Source: Candidatus Sumerlaeia bacterium (GTDB lineage: Bacteria; Sumerlaeota; Sumerlaeia; SLMS01; JANRJK01). Taken from it: a stretch of DNA of 64,000 nucleotides. Below are positions 18,487 to 28,126 of the stretch, piece after piece. Position 1 is the stretch's first letter. Every line of letters starts with the position of its first letter. Location of the stretch: positions 224,001 to 288,000 of the forward strand of contig JANRJK010000036.1 in NCBI GenBank assembly GCA_033764015.1, read 5' to 3'. Position numbers and translations under genes: made by a program. Under the pieces are notes generated by a model. It saw only the letters and a list, made by a program, of their open reading frames with translations, did not search any database and was not told where the DNA came from.

Positions 18487-19575
18487 GCGCTCGCGCGCGT
18501 CGGCGGCGGCGGCGATCGTGAACCGCGCGCGGACGCGCTCCCGGCCCGCGGCGCCGAGCCGCTCGGACAGGAAGCGGTCGTTGAGTAAGGCAAGCATCCG
18601 GGCGGCGAGTCCGTCCGCGTCGCCGCGCCCCGCGAGGAAGCCGGTCGAGCGGTCCGCGACCAGTTCGCGCGTGCCGCCGGCGTCGGTCGCGACGACGGCG
18701 AGGCCGGCGGCCATCGCCTCCGCGACCGCGTTCGGGAGGCTCTCCTCCTCGGAGGCGTGGACCAGGAAGGCGGCTTCCGCGCGGAGCCGGCGGAGGTCCG
18801 GCGCCGCGCCCGCGAAATCGACGGAGCGGGCCACCCCGAGGCGCTCCGCCTGCGCGCGGAGCTCGGCCCCCAGGCCCTCGTCGCGCCCTGCGAGCACCAG
18901 CCTTGGCCGCGAGGGATGCACCGCGACGCGCGCCCACGCCCCGAGCAGCAGCGAATGCCCCTTCCCGGGTTGCAGGTGCGCCACGCACAGGACCCGCGGT
19001 GGATCGGCGGGGGCTCGCGGCGTCGCGTCGGCGGGGTAGCCGTTGCGCACGACGGCGATGGGTGTCCGCAGCCGCGGGTCGAGGCGCCTGGCGTCGCGCG
19101 CCGCCGCCCGCGAGTTGGCGACTACGGCGTCGGCGCGCCGCGAGGCCCAGGCATCGAGCAGGCGGGCCACGGGGCGGCCGCGCTTGAATCGCTCGAGCTG
19201 GCGCCGGGAAACGAGGAAGGGCCCGCGGTGCCCGGCGAGCAGCGCCGCCGCCGCGCCCCAAACATGCGCGTGGAACAGCCACGCCTCGAACACGTCCGGG
19301 CGCCACCGGCGGAGGAAGCGGGCGGTGCGCGCGAGCGCGGCGGCGGTCGCCCACCAGACGCGCGGCGACCACCACCGCTCCCAGCGGGGCAGCCCCGCCA
19401 CGAAGACCCCGACCCCCAGGGCGCGGGCTTCGGCGAGGCGGGCGCCCTCCGCGCGGAGCAGCATCAGCGCGACCGTGTGCCCGCGGGCGGCGAGTTCGCG
19501 CGCGAGCAGGAGCAATTGCCCTTCCGCGCCACCGTCGCGCATGGATCCGATCAGGAAGGCGGCGCGGCGCTTCAT
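18451..19575 (-). CDS. Glycosyltransferase family 4
   Basis: N-terminal GGAEGQ, KGH, and EESLPNAVAEAMAAGLAVVATDAGG (EX7E) motifs. Confidence 0.9.
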   Translation of the reverse strand: MKRRAAFLIGSMRDGGAEGQLLLLARELAARGHTVALMLLRAEGARLAEARALGVGVFVAGLPRWERWWSPRVWWATAAALARTARFLRRWRPDVFEAWLFHAHVWGAAAALLAGHRGPFLVSRRQLERFKRGRPVARLLDAWASRRADAVVANSRAAARDARRLDPRLRTPIAVVRNGYPADATPRAPADPPRVLCVAHLQPGKGHSLLLGAWARVAVHPSRPRLVLAGRDEGLGAELRAQAERLGVARSVDFAGAAPDLRRLRAEAAFLVHASEEESLPNAVAEAMAAGLAVVATDAGGTRELVADRSTGFLAGRGDADGLAARMLALLNDRFLSERLGAAGRERVRARFTIAAAADARERLWARLLGEARP

Positions 19576-20759
19576 GGAGCGAAGCGGCGGCGGGAACGGC
19601 GCAGCGCGCTGGCGTACATGCGCTCGTGGCGGAGCGCAAGCCTCGCCACGGTGAACTCGCCGGAGAGCGCGCGCTCCCGCGCGGCTCCGCCCAGCTTCGC
19701 CCGCAGCGCGGGACGCTCGACCAGGTGCGCCAGCGCGCGGGCGATCGCGGCGCGGTTGCCCTTCGGCACCAGCCAGCCGGTGCGTCCGTGCTCGAGCAGC
19801 TCGGGCACGCCGCCGACCCGCGTCGCGACGACCGGGAGGGCGGCCGCCATCGCCTCGAGCACCGCGTTCGGGAGGCCCTCGGCGTCGCTGGGATGCGCTA
19901 GGAGATCCGCGCGGCGTAGCCAGGGGCGCACGTCGGCGCAATCGCCGGCGAAGTGTAGGCGCTCCGCGAGGCCGCGGCGCCGGGCGAGCGATTCGAGGCG
20001 TCGCCGCTCGCCGCGGTCTTCGCCCACAAGGACGAGGGCGAGCTTCGGGAAGCGCGGAAGGATGTCCGCGCAGGCTTCGACGAGCAGGTCGTGGCGCTTC
20101 ACCGCGCGCAGGTTGCCGACGGCCAGGACGAGCGGCGAGGCGTCCGCCAGTTGCGGGGGGAGGGCGGCGGGCACGACGCCGGAGAGGTCGCGGAAGCCGT
20201 CCGGGAGCGCGTTCGGGATCACATGCAGGCGGGGCTCGCTGAGAGGTTCGCGCGCGAGGACGGCGCGCTCGACCGCGACGGCGTTGGCCATTACGCGGTC
20301 CGTCAGCGGCGCGAGGAGGTACGGCAGGATCCGGTACGCGGCGCCCTGCGGAAGCGACCCGGGGAGCTGCAGCCGGCAGGTCGCGGAAACCGGCGTGCCC
20401 GCCAGGAGCCCCGCGAGCAGCGCAACGGGGTCGGACCAGACGAGGAACGACTGGACGACAGTGGCGCGCTCCCGGCGGAGCAGCGCCGCCAGGCGCCAGA
20501 CGCCGCGCGCGAAGGCGAGCCAGAAGCGGGGCGAGCGCTTCGGCAGTTCGAGGCCCGCGGGGACGACGGCGAGGCGGAAGCCGGCCGCGGCGGCCCGCTC
20601 CGCCAGCGGGTTCTCCTCCGAGAGGGTCGCGATGGCGACGCGCCAGCCGCGCTCCCGCAGGCCGCGGGCGAGTTGGAGCGCCTGCAGCTCCGCGCCCCCC
20701 CTCCCGAAGGAGGGGAAGACGAAGACGGCGCGCTTCGGCGTGGTGCGTGCAGTTGACAA
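19572..20759 (-). CDS. Glycosyltransferase family 4
   Basis: GGAELQ, VKRHD and EGLPNAVLEAMAAALPVVATRVGG motifs. Confidence 0.92.
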   Translation of the reverse strand: MSTARTTPKRAVFVFPSFGRGGAELQALQLARGLRERGWRVAIATLSEENPLAERAAAAGFRLAVVPAGLELPKRSPRFWLAFARGVWRLAALLRRERATVVQSFLVWSDPVALLAGLLAGTPVSATCRLQLPGSLPQGAAYRILPYLLAPLTDRVMANAVAVERAVLAREPLSEPRLHVIPNALPDGFRDLSGVVPAALPPQLADASPLVLAVGNLRAVKRHDLLVEACADILPRFPKLALVLVGEDRGERRRLESLARRRGLAERLHFAGDCADVRPWLRRADLLAHPSDAEGLPNAVLEAMAAALPVVATRVGGVPELLEHGRTGWLVPKGNRAAIARALAHLVERPALRAKLGGAARERALSGEFTVARLALRHERMYASALRRSRRRFAP

Positions 20760-20953
20760 GGGGCGGCAGGGTCTACAGCAGGGTCGGCGTGGCGGCGGGG
20801 AAAGGCGCCGCGAACGACGTTGAGCCCTCGCCCGGCAGGGCTAAAGCCTTTTCACCGTCGCGGGGGACGCGGGTTCATCGTTGAACCGATGCGGGGCCGC
20901 GGCTAGTCTGCCGCCTTGAACACAGCCCCGGAGGAACCGGCGAGGACTGGGAA

Positions 20954-21451
20954 ATGGCCAACAAGGCAATGATCATCAAGGGGGCCGTGGTGGCTGTCCT
21001 CTTCGGCGGCGCCGCACTGATCGGTGTGTACCAGTACCGGAAGACCACCGTGCTCACACCGCCCCCGGTCGAGAAGGTGGTCCTCGAACCGAAGACGGCG
21101 GCGGTGGGCCCCGTGACGGAGAAGCTGATCGGAAAGATCACCTCGGACGCGCTGCTATCGGAGCGGCTTTCACAGGTGGTCCCGACGATGCCGGAGGTGA
21201 CGGATGTCACCGGAACCGTGGTCGAAAAGTTCCGGCTGCGCTTCAACACCGTGGAGGAGGCGGCCGACGAGGCCGGCCCGGCGGGAACCCGCATCGTCAC
21301 TTCCTGGGTGCTGACCGGCGAGAACGAGATCCGCTTGGTGGTCGACGTGGACCTCTGGAAGACGCCGGAGGGCTTCGACATCACGCGTTTCGCCGTGGCC
21401 GAGACGCGGATCCCGGTGGACCAGCTGCGAATGCCGCCGGGAACGCCCTGA
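20954..21451 (+). CDS. Hypothetical protein with an N-terminal membrane anchor
   Basis: GAGGA RBS upstream, one N-terminal hydrophobic helix, and host-like codon usage. Confidence 0.7.
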   Translation: MANKAMIIKGAVVAVLFGGAALIGVYQYRKTTVLTPPPVEKVVLEPKTAAVGPVTEKLIGKITSDALLSERLSQVVPTMPEVTDVTGTVVEKFRLRFNTVEEAADEAGPAGTRIVTSWVLTGENEIRLVVDVDLWKTPEGFDITRFAVAETRIPVDQLRMPPGTP

Positions 21452-21452
21452 T

Positions 21453-23096
21453 TCAGCTCGGCGGCGGCGGCCCGAGCGACCCGTCGCTGGTCTTCATCGG
21501 GTAGTCGATCCGCGCGAACAGCGGCGCGCGCGGCAGCAGCCGCCAAGCCAGCGCGGCGGGAGCGAGCGCGGCGAGCAGCCACAGCAGCCAGCCGGCGGCC
21601 TGGCGCCCCTTGGGCGCGTTGGGCGCGTACACCCTGCGCATCAACCGATCGCCGAGCCACGGCGTGAACTCCATCTTCCAGAACGACTTCGCGTAGGCGC
21701 CGAGAGTCGTGGGAGGCGGATGCGCCACGGTCGCGGCGAAGAACTCCTCGGCCCTGCCGCCCTGGGGCATCTGCGGGTCGGACAGCGAGAGCGGCAGCGA
21801 CAGCGCGAGGCTCGCGACCCCGGTCGCGACCAGCGCGGGAAGCCCCCATCGGTGCGCGGGGGGCGGGTCGTCGCCTTTCTTCGCGGGCTTGGCGAGGCGG
21901 AGCACTTCGCCCAGGCCGAGCGCGAGGAAGGGGATCGCGGGAATCAGGAAGCGCGGGCCCATGGCCCAGCCGCCCCACCACATGTAGTAGCCGCTGTTGA
22001 GCAGCAGGTATCCCGCGAGATACGCGAGGCCCAGCCAGCCGAGGAGGCGCCGCTTTCCGTCCTGGCGGACTCCGAGCGCGCAGCCCACCGCCGCCAGCAG
22101 CAGCACCGGCGACCAGAAGAAGAGGCCGCGCGCCGGATGCAGCGTGATGAACCAGAGCACGTCGAGGCTCGGCGCGCCGATTCCCATGAGGCCCTGCGCC
22201 ATGCGCTCGCGGAAGAGGGGATCCGCGTGGTGCGCGTAGGGATTCACAACCTCGCCGAAAATCGACCAAGTATAGGCGGCGTACAGGCCCGGCGACACGA
22301 ACGCCGCGGCCCAGAAGGCGAGCGCGAGCAGGACGAGCTGGCGGGGATTGCTGCGCAGGCCGGCCATTTCCGCGAACGCCCGCTGGCCCCAGATGCCGCC
22401 CTGGTCGAGCAGCCGCAGGAAGTACACGCCCGCCAGGAGGGCGGAACCGATACCGAAGATCTGGTCGCAGAGCCAGCTATACCCGAGAAGGAATCCGATG
22501 GCGGCGCTGCCGCGGTGCGTCATGCGGCGCGCGGGCGGGAATAGGATCAGCCAGAGCGCGCCGAGCTGGCAGGCGATGCCCGGCGCGTAGGGGTAGAACA
22601 CGGTCGAGTAGCCGAACCACATGCTGCCGAAGAAGGGCAGGAGCGCCGCGAGCAGCGCGCGCCGAGGCGGCACGCCGAGGCGCCCAAGGATGGCGAATAG
22701 GAGTCCCACTGATAAGGCGGCGGGGAGGGCCACGGCCCAAAGGCGCATCGCGTGGTGCCACCAGTCGAACGGCAGCTCGGCGCCAAGTCGCGCCAATACC
22801 CACGCCGGGGGGACCGCCAGGAGCGAGACGCCGAAGATCTTGTCGCTGTAGTAGTGCCCCCCGAAAAACGCCTTGTCGCCCGTTTGGTAGGGCCGCGTGT
22901 TGTGCCAGGGATCGATCTTGAAGTCGCCGTTGTTCGCCACCGCGGCCACCAGCGCGAGGCGGGAGTTGACGTTCCACCCGCCGACGGGATGGTGGACCAG
23001 GGCCAGCGCGAGGAGGGCCGCGCACGCGACGAGGATTGCGGCGCGGCGCAGCGTGTCCAAGGCTGGGGTCGCCTTAGCGGCGGTCGGAGAGGTCAC
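21453..23096 (-). CDS. Polytopic membrane protein, probable GT-C-fold glycosyltransferase
   Basis: Many TM segments. Early periplasmic loop with YYSDK and a late WWGGWAMGPRFLIP motif. The start codon (GTG 23096) is uncertain. Confidence 0.6.
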   Translation of the reverse strand: MTSPTAAKATPALDTLRRAAILVACAALLALALVHHPVGGWNVNSRLALVAAVANNGDFKIDPWHNTRPYQTGDKAFFGGHYYSDKIFGVSLLAVPPAWVLARLGAELPFDWWHHAMRLWAVALPAALSVGLLFAILGRLGVPPRRALLAALLPFFGSMWFGYSTVFYPYAPGIACQLGALWLILFPPARRMTHRGSAAIGFLLGYSWLCDQIFGIGSALLAGVYFLRLLDQGGIWGQRAFAEMAGLRSNPRQLVLLALAFWAAAFVSPGLYAAYTWSIFGEVVNPYAHHADPLFRERMAQGLMGIGAPSLDVLWFITLHPARGLFFWSPVLLLAAVGCALGVRQDGKRRLLGWLGLAYLAGYLLLNSGYYMWWGGWAMGPRFLIPAIPFLALGLGEVLRLAKPAKKGDDPPPAHRWGLPALVATGVASLALSLPLSLSDPQMPQGGRAEEFFAATVAHPPPTTLGAYAKSFWKMEFTPWLGDRLMRRVYAPNAPKGRQAAGWLLWLLAALAPAALAWRLLPRAPLFARIDYPMKTSDGSLGPPPPS

Positions 23097-23098
23097 TC

Positions 23099-24163
23099 TT
23101 GCGCATCCTTGGCATTGAAACTTCCTGCGACGAGACGGCGGCGGCGGTCGTTCAGGACGGGCGCCGCGTGCTGTCGAACCGCGTCTTGTCCCAGATTCCC
23201 CTGCACGAGGTCTATGGGGGAGTCGTCCCCGAGATCGCAAGCCGCGCGCATGTCGAAGCGATCATCCCCATGGTGCGGGGCGCTGTCGAGGACGCCGGCA
23301 TGGCGCTGGCCGATCTGGACGCGGTCGCGGTGACGCGCGGGCCCGGGCTGGTGGGGTGCCTGCTGGTGGGCATGGAGACGGCCAAGGCGCTCGCCCTCGC
23401 GCTGGGCAAGCCGCTGATTTGCGTCCAGCACATCGCGGGGCACCTGTACAGCCCGTACCTGGGGCGCGAACGCGACGCGTGGGGCGCGGAGGTCTCCGCT
23501 CCTCCCCCCCCGTTCGAGCCGTACATCGGCCTGGTCGTGAGCGGCGGCCATAGCAGCGTCGTGCTTGTCGAAGGCCCCGCGCGCTTCACCGTCCTCGGCG
23601 AGACGCTGGACGACGCGGTCGGCGAGGCTTACGACAAGGTGGCGAAGCATATGGGGCTCGGCTACCCCGGCGGACCGCTCCTGGACCGGTTGGCGCAGGA
23701 CGGCGATCCGCGCTCCTTCGCCTTCCCGCGCTCGCTGCTGGACCGGACCGGATTCGATTTCAGCTTCTCCGGCGTGAAGACCGCCGTCGCACGGGCGGTG
23801 GACTCCATGGGGGGTCCGCAGGCCGTGCGCGCGGACGCGGTGCTGCTGGCGAACATCTGCGCGTCGTTCCAGGCGGCGGCGGTCGATGTGCTGCTGGACC
23901 GCGCGGGGCGCGCGCTGCGCCGGCACCGGCTGCGGCGCATCGCGGTGACAGGAGGCGTCGCGTGCAACCGCGGGCTGCGGGCGGCGCTGCGGGCGCGGTT
24001 GAAGGACGCCTGCATCGCGCTTCCGGACCCCGAGTTCTGCACCGACAACGCGGCGATGATCGCGGGCCTCGCATACCACCTCGCGCCGCAGGGCGGCTCG
24101 CCCCCGACGGTGAACGCGACCGCTTCCCTCGCGCTCGCGGGCGACTGGCGGGGAGGCGCCTGA
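23099..24163 (+). CDS. tsaD: tRNA N6-threonylcarbamoyladenosine transferase TsaD
   Basis: Motifs ILGIETSCDET, GGVVPEIASRAH, HIAGH, VSGGH, DDAVGEAYDK, FSFSG and TDNAAMI. Confidence 0.97.
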   Translation: MRILGIETSCDETAAAVVQDGRRVLSNRVLSQIPLHEVYGGVVPEIASRAHVEAIIPMVRGAVEDAGMALADLDAVAVTRGPGLVGCLLVGMETAKALALALGKPLICVQHIAGHLYSPYLGRERDAWGAEVSAPPPPFEPYIGLVVSGGHSSVVLVEGPARFTVLGETLDDAVGEAYDKVAKHMGLGYPGGPLLDRLAQDGDPRSFAFPRSLLDRTGFDFSFSGVKTAVARAVDSMGGPQAVRADAVLLANICASFQAAAVDVLLDRAGRALRRHRLRRIAVTGGVACNRGLRAALRARLKDACIALPDPEFCTDNAAMIAGLAYHLAPQGGSPPTVNATASLALAGDWRGGA

Positions 24164-24165
24164 CC

Positions 24166-25038
24166 GTGTCCCTGGAACGCTCGACCACCCGGCGGCTCGC
24201 GCCGCTCGATACATCGTGGTTCGTGGTGCTCGTCCCGGAGCGCGTCGAGTACGCGGGCATGCAGGTGGACTTCCTCGCGGCGGTGTTGGAGCTCGACCGC
24301 TACAGCGCGCGCGCGCGGCTGGCCGCGGCGGCGCCGCAGATCCTGCGCCGCTCGCGTAGCGAGGCGCCCGCGGTGGAGCTCGCCCGGAAGCTCTCCGAGC
24401 ATGGCCTCCGGGCCCACGTGCTGAGCGAGCCGCGCCTGGCGGAGATGCAGCCGGAGGAGGTGAAGTCGCTCGCGCCCGGCAAGGGAGCGCTGGGGCTCAC
24501 GCTGGCCGACTCGCGGACGGAGAGCGTGAAGGTCTCCGACATCGCCGGTCTCGCGCGCGCGGAACTGGAGGAACGCATCCTCCGCGAGTCGCGCCGGGAG
24601 GATCCGCTCATCGGCCAGATCGACGCGGACCGCGAGGTGGAGCGCTCCGCCCGGACGCATGTGTTCGACCTGCACCTAGCGTCGTCGCCGCGGCTGTACC
24701 GGATCGTGGCGGACCGGTTCGACTTCCGCTCGCTGTTCGGAGACAAGCCGGTGCACGCGGCGACGCCGGCGGCGGTCGCGAAGCTTTGGGAGTGGCTCGG
24801 CAAGTGCGCCCCGGCGGCGGAGCGGCACGAGGAGTTCCTCGCCGCGCGCGGCTACCTGGCGGAGAGCCGCGAACTGCTGGCGCAGTGCTCGTCGCTGCAC
24901 GAATGGGGCATGAGCCGCCCGCTCCTTTCCCGCCTGGCGCTGGACCGCACCAAGCGTTTCCGGGAGAGCGACCTGCCGGCGTTCACGCTCTACAGCGCTC
25001 TGTGCCGGTTCACCACGCTCGAGCGGCGGCGGGGTTGA
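24166..25038 (+). CDS. Hypothetical protein
   Basis: GTG start after a GGGAGG RBS directly downstream of tsaD. Long open frame with no recognised motif. Confidence 0.65.
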   Translation: MSLERSTTRRLAPLDTSWFVVLVPERVEYAGMQVDFLAAVLELDRYSARARLAAAAPQILRRSRSEAPAVELARKLSEHGLRAHVLSEPRLAEMQPEEVKSLAPGKGALGLTLADSRTESVKVSDIAGLARAELEERILRESRREDPLIGQIDADREVERSARTHVFDLHLASSPRLYRIVADRFDFRSLFGDKPVHAATPAAVAKLWEWLGKCAPAAERHEEFLAARGYLAESRELLAQCSSLHEWGMSRPLLSRLALDRTKRFRESDLPAFTLYSALCRFTTLERRRG

Positions 25039-25141
25039 CGGGGGTGGGCAAACTCCAGAGAGTCCTGCGCGGCACAGACGCCGCCGCGCAAGTGGGTGAT
25101 ATGGACTCCGGTCGTCCGGGCGCGCCGCGAACCGTCAGGGG

Positions 25142-25147
25142 TATGAT
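25142..25147 (+). promoter_or_regulatory. Possible -10 box (TATGAT), possibly giving a leaderless transcript
   Basis: TATGAT ends 6 nt before the ATG at 25154 and there is no SD sequence. Confidence 0.3.
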
Positions 25148-25153
25148 GGGCTG

Positions 25154-26473
25154 ATGCTGGAACTTGCCGTGATTCTCGTGCTCTTGCTGGCGAACGGGTT
25201 CTTCGCGCTGTCGGAGATCAGCGTTGTGTCGAGCCGGAAGCCGAGGCTCGCGCTGATGGCCGATGAAGGGCGCCGCGGGGCGAAGGCTGCTCTCGCGCTG
25301 GCCAACCACCCGGAGGACTTCCTCTCCGCGGTTCAAGTCGGTATCACGCTCGTCGGTATCTTCTCCGGCGCGTTCGGCGGCGCCGCTTTCAACGACGATG
25401 TGGGCGGATTGCTCGCCATGGTGCCCGTCTTCGAGCCCTACAGCGTCGAGATTGCCACGGGCCTGATCGTTGCGGTCCTGACCTACTTCTCCGTCGTTGT
25501 TGGCGAACTGGTCCCGAAGCAGATCGCTCTCCGATCGCCGGAGGGCATGGCATGTATCGTTGCGCCGCCGATGCGACTGCTAGTCACAGCGAGCCGGCCA
25601 GTGGTTTGGCTGCTGAGCGCCTCCTCCCGGATCGCAATGCGTGTGATTGGAAACGGTGCGCAGCAACCGCAAGGGGCGACGGCGGAGGAGATCGCCATGG
25701 TGATGATGGAGGCGAAGGACTCGGGAATCATCGCCGAGGACGAGCAGCTGATCGCCTCGCGGGCACTTCGCCTCTCCGACCTTCCCGTGCGCGTGTTCAT
25801 GACTCCAAGGCACGAGGTGGAGCACCTGCGCCTCGACGATTCGATGGACGCGCTCGACGAAAAGCTCCTTCGGGCCAACCATTCCTACCTGCCTCTGGTG
25901 GACCGGTCTATCGACGACGTCGTCGGAGTTGTCAGGGTCCGCGATGCGCTTCGCAAAGCCATCGAGAGCCCCTTCAGCAAGGACCCGGAGACGAGGCGGG
26001 GGCAGCTTTCGGAGCTAGCGATGCGGCCGGTCATGATCAGCTCGGAGGCATCCGGGACGGATGCGCTTGAACACTTCCGGGCGGAGAAGTCGCACTTCGC
26101 CGTGGTGGTCGACGAGTACGGCGGGACGACAGGCGTCCTTTCGAACCACGATCTGCTCGAGGCCCTCGTGGGGTACATTCCCGGCACAGGAGCGGAAGAG
26201 GATCCGATCGTCCGCCGCGAAGATGGCTCCCTGCTGGCGAGCGGGTGGGTTCCCGTCCAGGAGATATGGACCGTCCTGGGGATGAGGGGGGCGCGGAATG
26301 CCGAGGTGGTCTCTCTGGCCGCGTTGGTTCTGAGCAACATGCAGGGACTGCCCGCGGTGGGACACAAGTGCGAGGCCGCCGGGCTGGTGCTGGAGGTCGT
26401 GGACATGGACGGGGTCCGGATCGACAAGGTGCTTGTGCACGCCCCGCCCGTGGCGTTGGACGCGGGGGGCTGA
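25154..26473 (+). CDS. HlyC/CorC (CNNM-CBS-CorC) family Mg/Co transport-associated protein
   Basis: ANGFFALSEIS, QVGITL and GELVPK motifs, a CBS pair (MTPR, VVDEYGG) and a C-terminal CorC domain (EVVDMDGVRIDKV). Confidence 0.92.
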   Translation: MLELAVILVLLLANGFFALSEISVVSSRKPRLALMADEGRRGAKAALALANHPEDFLSAVQVGITLVGIFSGAFGGAAFNDDVGGLLAMVPVFEPYSVEIATGLIVAVLTYFSVVVGELVPKQIALRSPEGMACIVAPPMRLLVTASRPVVWLLSASSRIAMRVIGNGAQQPQGATAEEIAMVMMEAKDSGIIAEDEQLIASRALRLSDLPVRVFMTPRHEVEHLRLDDSMDALDEKLLRANHSYLPLVDRSIDDVVGVVRVRDALRKAIESPFSKDPETRRGQLSELAMRPVMISSEASGTDALEHFRAEKSHFAVVVDEYGGTTGVLSNHDLLEALVGYIPGTGAEEDPIVRREDGSLLASGWVPVQEIWTVLGMRGARNAEVVSLAALVLSNMQGLPAVGHKCEAAGLVLEVVDMDGVRIDKVLVHAPPVALDAGG

Positions 26474-26591
26474 GCGCCGCCGCAGCGTGGCGCGGAGCCA
26501 GCAAGCCCCCTTCCCCTTGCCTGCCGAACACCGTTGATAAAGCCTTGAACCAAGGCGCGCCGCGCGCGCCGCGAAGCCACAGGAGCCCCAC

Positions 26592-28061
26592 GTGCCCGCT
26601 ACCGCAGCGCCGCAGCCGGAGCAGTTCACAAGCCTCGCGCCGAAGTCCGCCGCGCGCCGCGCCGAAGCGCCCGTGGAGCCGCCGGATCCGGCCGCGCTCG
26701 AAGCCGCGACCATCGCCATGGGGCGCAAGATCTTCGCCCTCGCGGACCGGCAGAAGACAGACCTGTTCAGCGCCGAGACGCTCCGCTCGAAGATGCTCGA
26801 GCTGATGATGAAGGACGAGAACCTCCGCTACCGGATGCTGCGGTTCACCGACGTCTATGTGGCGCTCAAGTCCTCCCGCGCGGTGGCCCAGCACCTCGTC
26901 GAGTACCTCGAATCACCGGCACTCGAGGTCGGGCTGAAGCCGACGCCGCTGCTCGCGCTGGCGCGGCGCGGCGGCCGCATCGGAGCGTACTTCCCCGCGG
27001 TCACGGACTGGGCCACGCGGCAGGGAACGATGCAGATGGCGCGGCACTTCATCGCGGGCGACAAGCCGGCGGAGGTGGCGCAGACGATCCGCCGGACCGA
27101 GGCGCAGGGCTTCATGTTCTCGCTCGACCTGCTCGGCGAGTTCGTCGCCAGCGAGCGCCAGGCGGACGATTTCGCGGGGCGCTACGAGGAAATGGTGGCG
27201 CGCTTCGGGCGCGTGCTGGGCGCGATGCCGCGGAACCGTCCGCAGGCGGTGCGCGCCTGCGGCCCGCGCGTGAACGTGTCGATCAAGCTCAGTTCGCTCA
27301 CGTCGAAGTTCGAACCCGCCGATCCGGAGGGCACGAGCGCCGCGGTTCGCGAGCGGCTGCGCCCGCTCTTCCGCGCGGCCGTCAAGAGCGGCGCCTTCAT
27401 CAACGTCGACATGGAGAAGTTCGAGTACCGCGCGCTCACGCTGCGGATCCTCCGCGACCTGCTCTCCGAGCCCGAGTTCCGCGGCTTCCCCAACGTCGGC
27501 ACGGTGGCGCAGGCGTACCTGCGCGACGCCGACACGGTGCTCTCGGACTTCTTGGATTGGGCGGTCGGCGCGAAGCAGCCGATCACGATCCGGCTGGTGA
27601 AGGGCGCCTACTGGGACAGCGAGCAGATCTGGGCGCGCTCGCGCCGCTGGCCGATCCCGGTGCTGCTGCACAAGCACGAGACGGACGCGATGTACGAGCG
27701 CTGCCTCGGCGTGCTGCTGCCGCGCCACAGTCAAGGTATCCGCACCGCGATCGCGAGCCACAACGTGCGCTCCATCGCGCACGGCCTCGCGCTGGCGAAG
27801 GCGCTCCGCGTCCCGGAGGGGCGCTACGAGTGCCAGGTGCTCTTCGGCATGGCGGGACCGTTCAAGGAGGCGCTGCGGCGCATGGGCGTGCCGGTGCGCA
27901 TCTACACGCCGTGCGGCGATTTGCTGGAGGGCATGGCGTACCTGGTTCGCCGCATCCTCGAGAACACCAGCAACGAGTCGTTCCTGCGGCTGCGCTTCAC
28001 GGAGGGCGCGGCGGTCGAGGCGCTGCTGAAGAACCCCGCGCGCGCGCACCTGCCGGGCTGA
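26592..28061 (+). CDS. Proline dehydrogenase (PutA-type PRODH domain only)
   Basis: Motifs DLLGE, SIKLSSL, NVDME, QAYLRD, IRLVKGAYWD, ASHN and YLVRRILENTSN. The protein stops before any P5C dehydrogenase domain. Confidence 0.9.
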   Translation: MPATAAPQPEQFTSLAPKSAARRAEAPVEPPDPAALEAATIAMGRKIFALADRQKTDLFSAETLRSKMLELMMKDENLRYRMLRFTDVYVALKSSRAVAQHLVEYLESPALEVGLKPTPLLALARRGGRIGAYFPAVTDWATRQGTMQMARHFIAGDKPAEVAQTIRRTEAQGFMFSLDLLGEFVASERQADDFAGRYEEMVARFGRVLGAMPRNRPQAVRACGPRVNVSIKLSSLTSKFEPADPEGTSAAVRERLRPLFRAAVKSGAFINVDMEKFEYRALTLRILRDLLSEPEFRGFPNVGTVAQAYLRDADTVLSDFLDWAVGAKQPITIRLVKGAYWDSEQIWARSRRWPIPVLLHKHETDAMYERCLGVLLPRHSQGIRTAIASHNVRSIAHGLALAKALRVPEGRYECQVLFGMAGPFKEALRRMGVPVRIYTPCGDLLEGMAYLVRRILENTSNESFLRLRFTEGAAVEALLKNPARAHLPG

Positions 28062-28126
28062 CGGGCAATCCCGCCCGCGGGCCGGCGGGTCTTTACCGGG
28101 TGAAGTCTCCGCACAGGGCCACTGCC

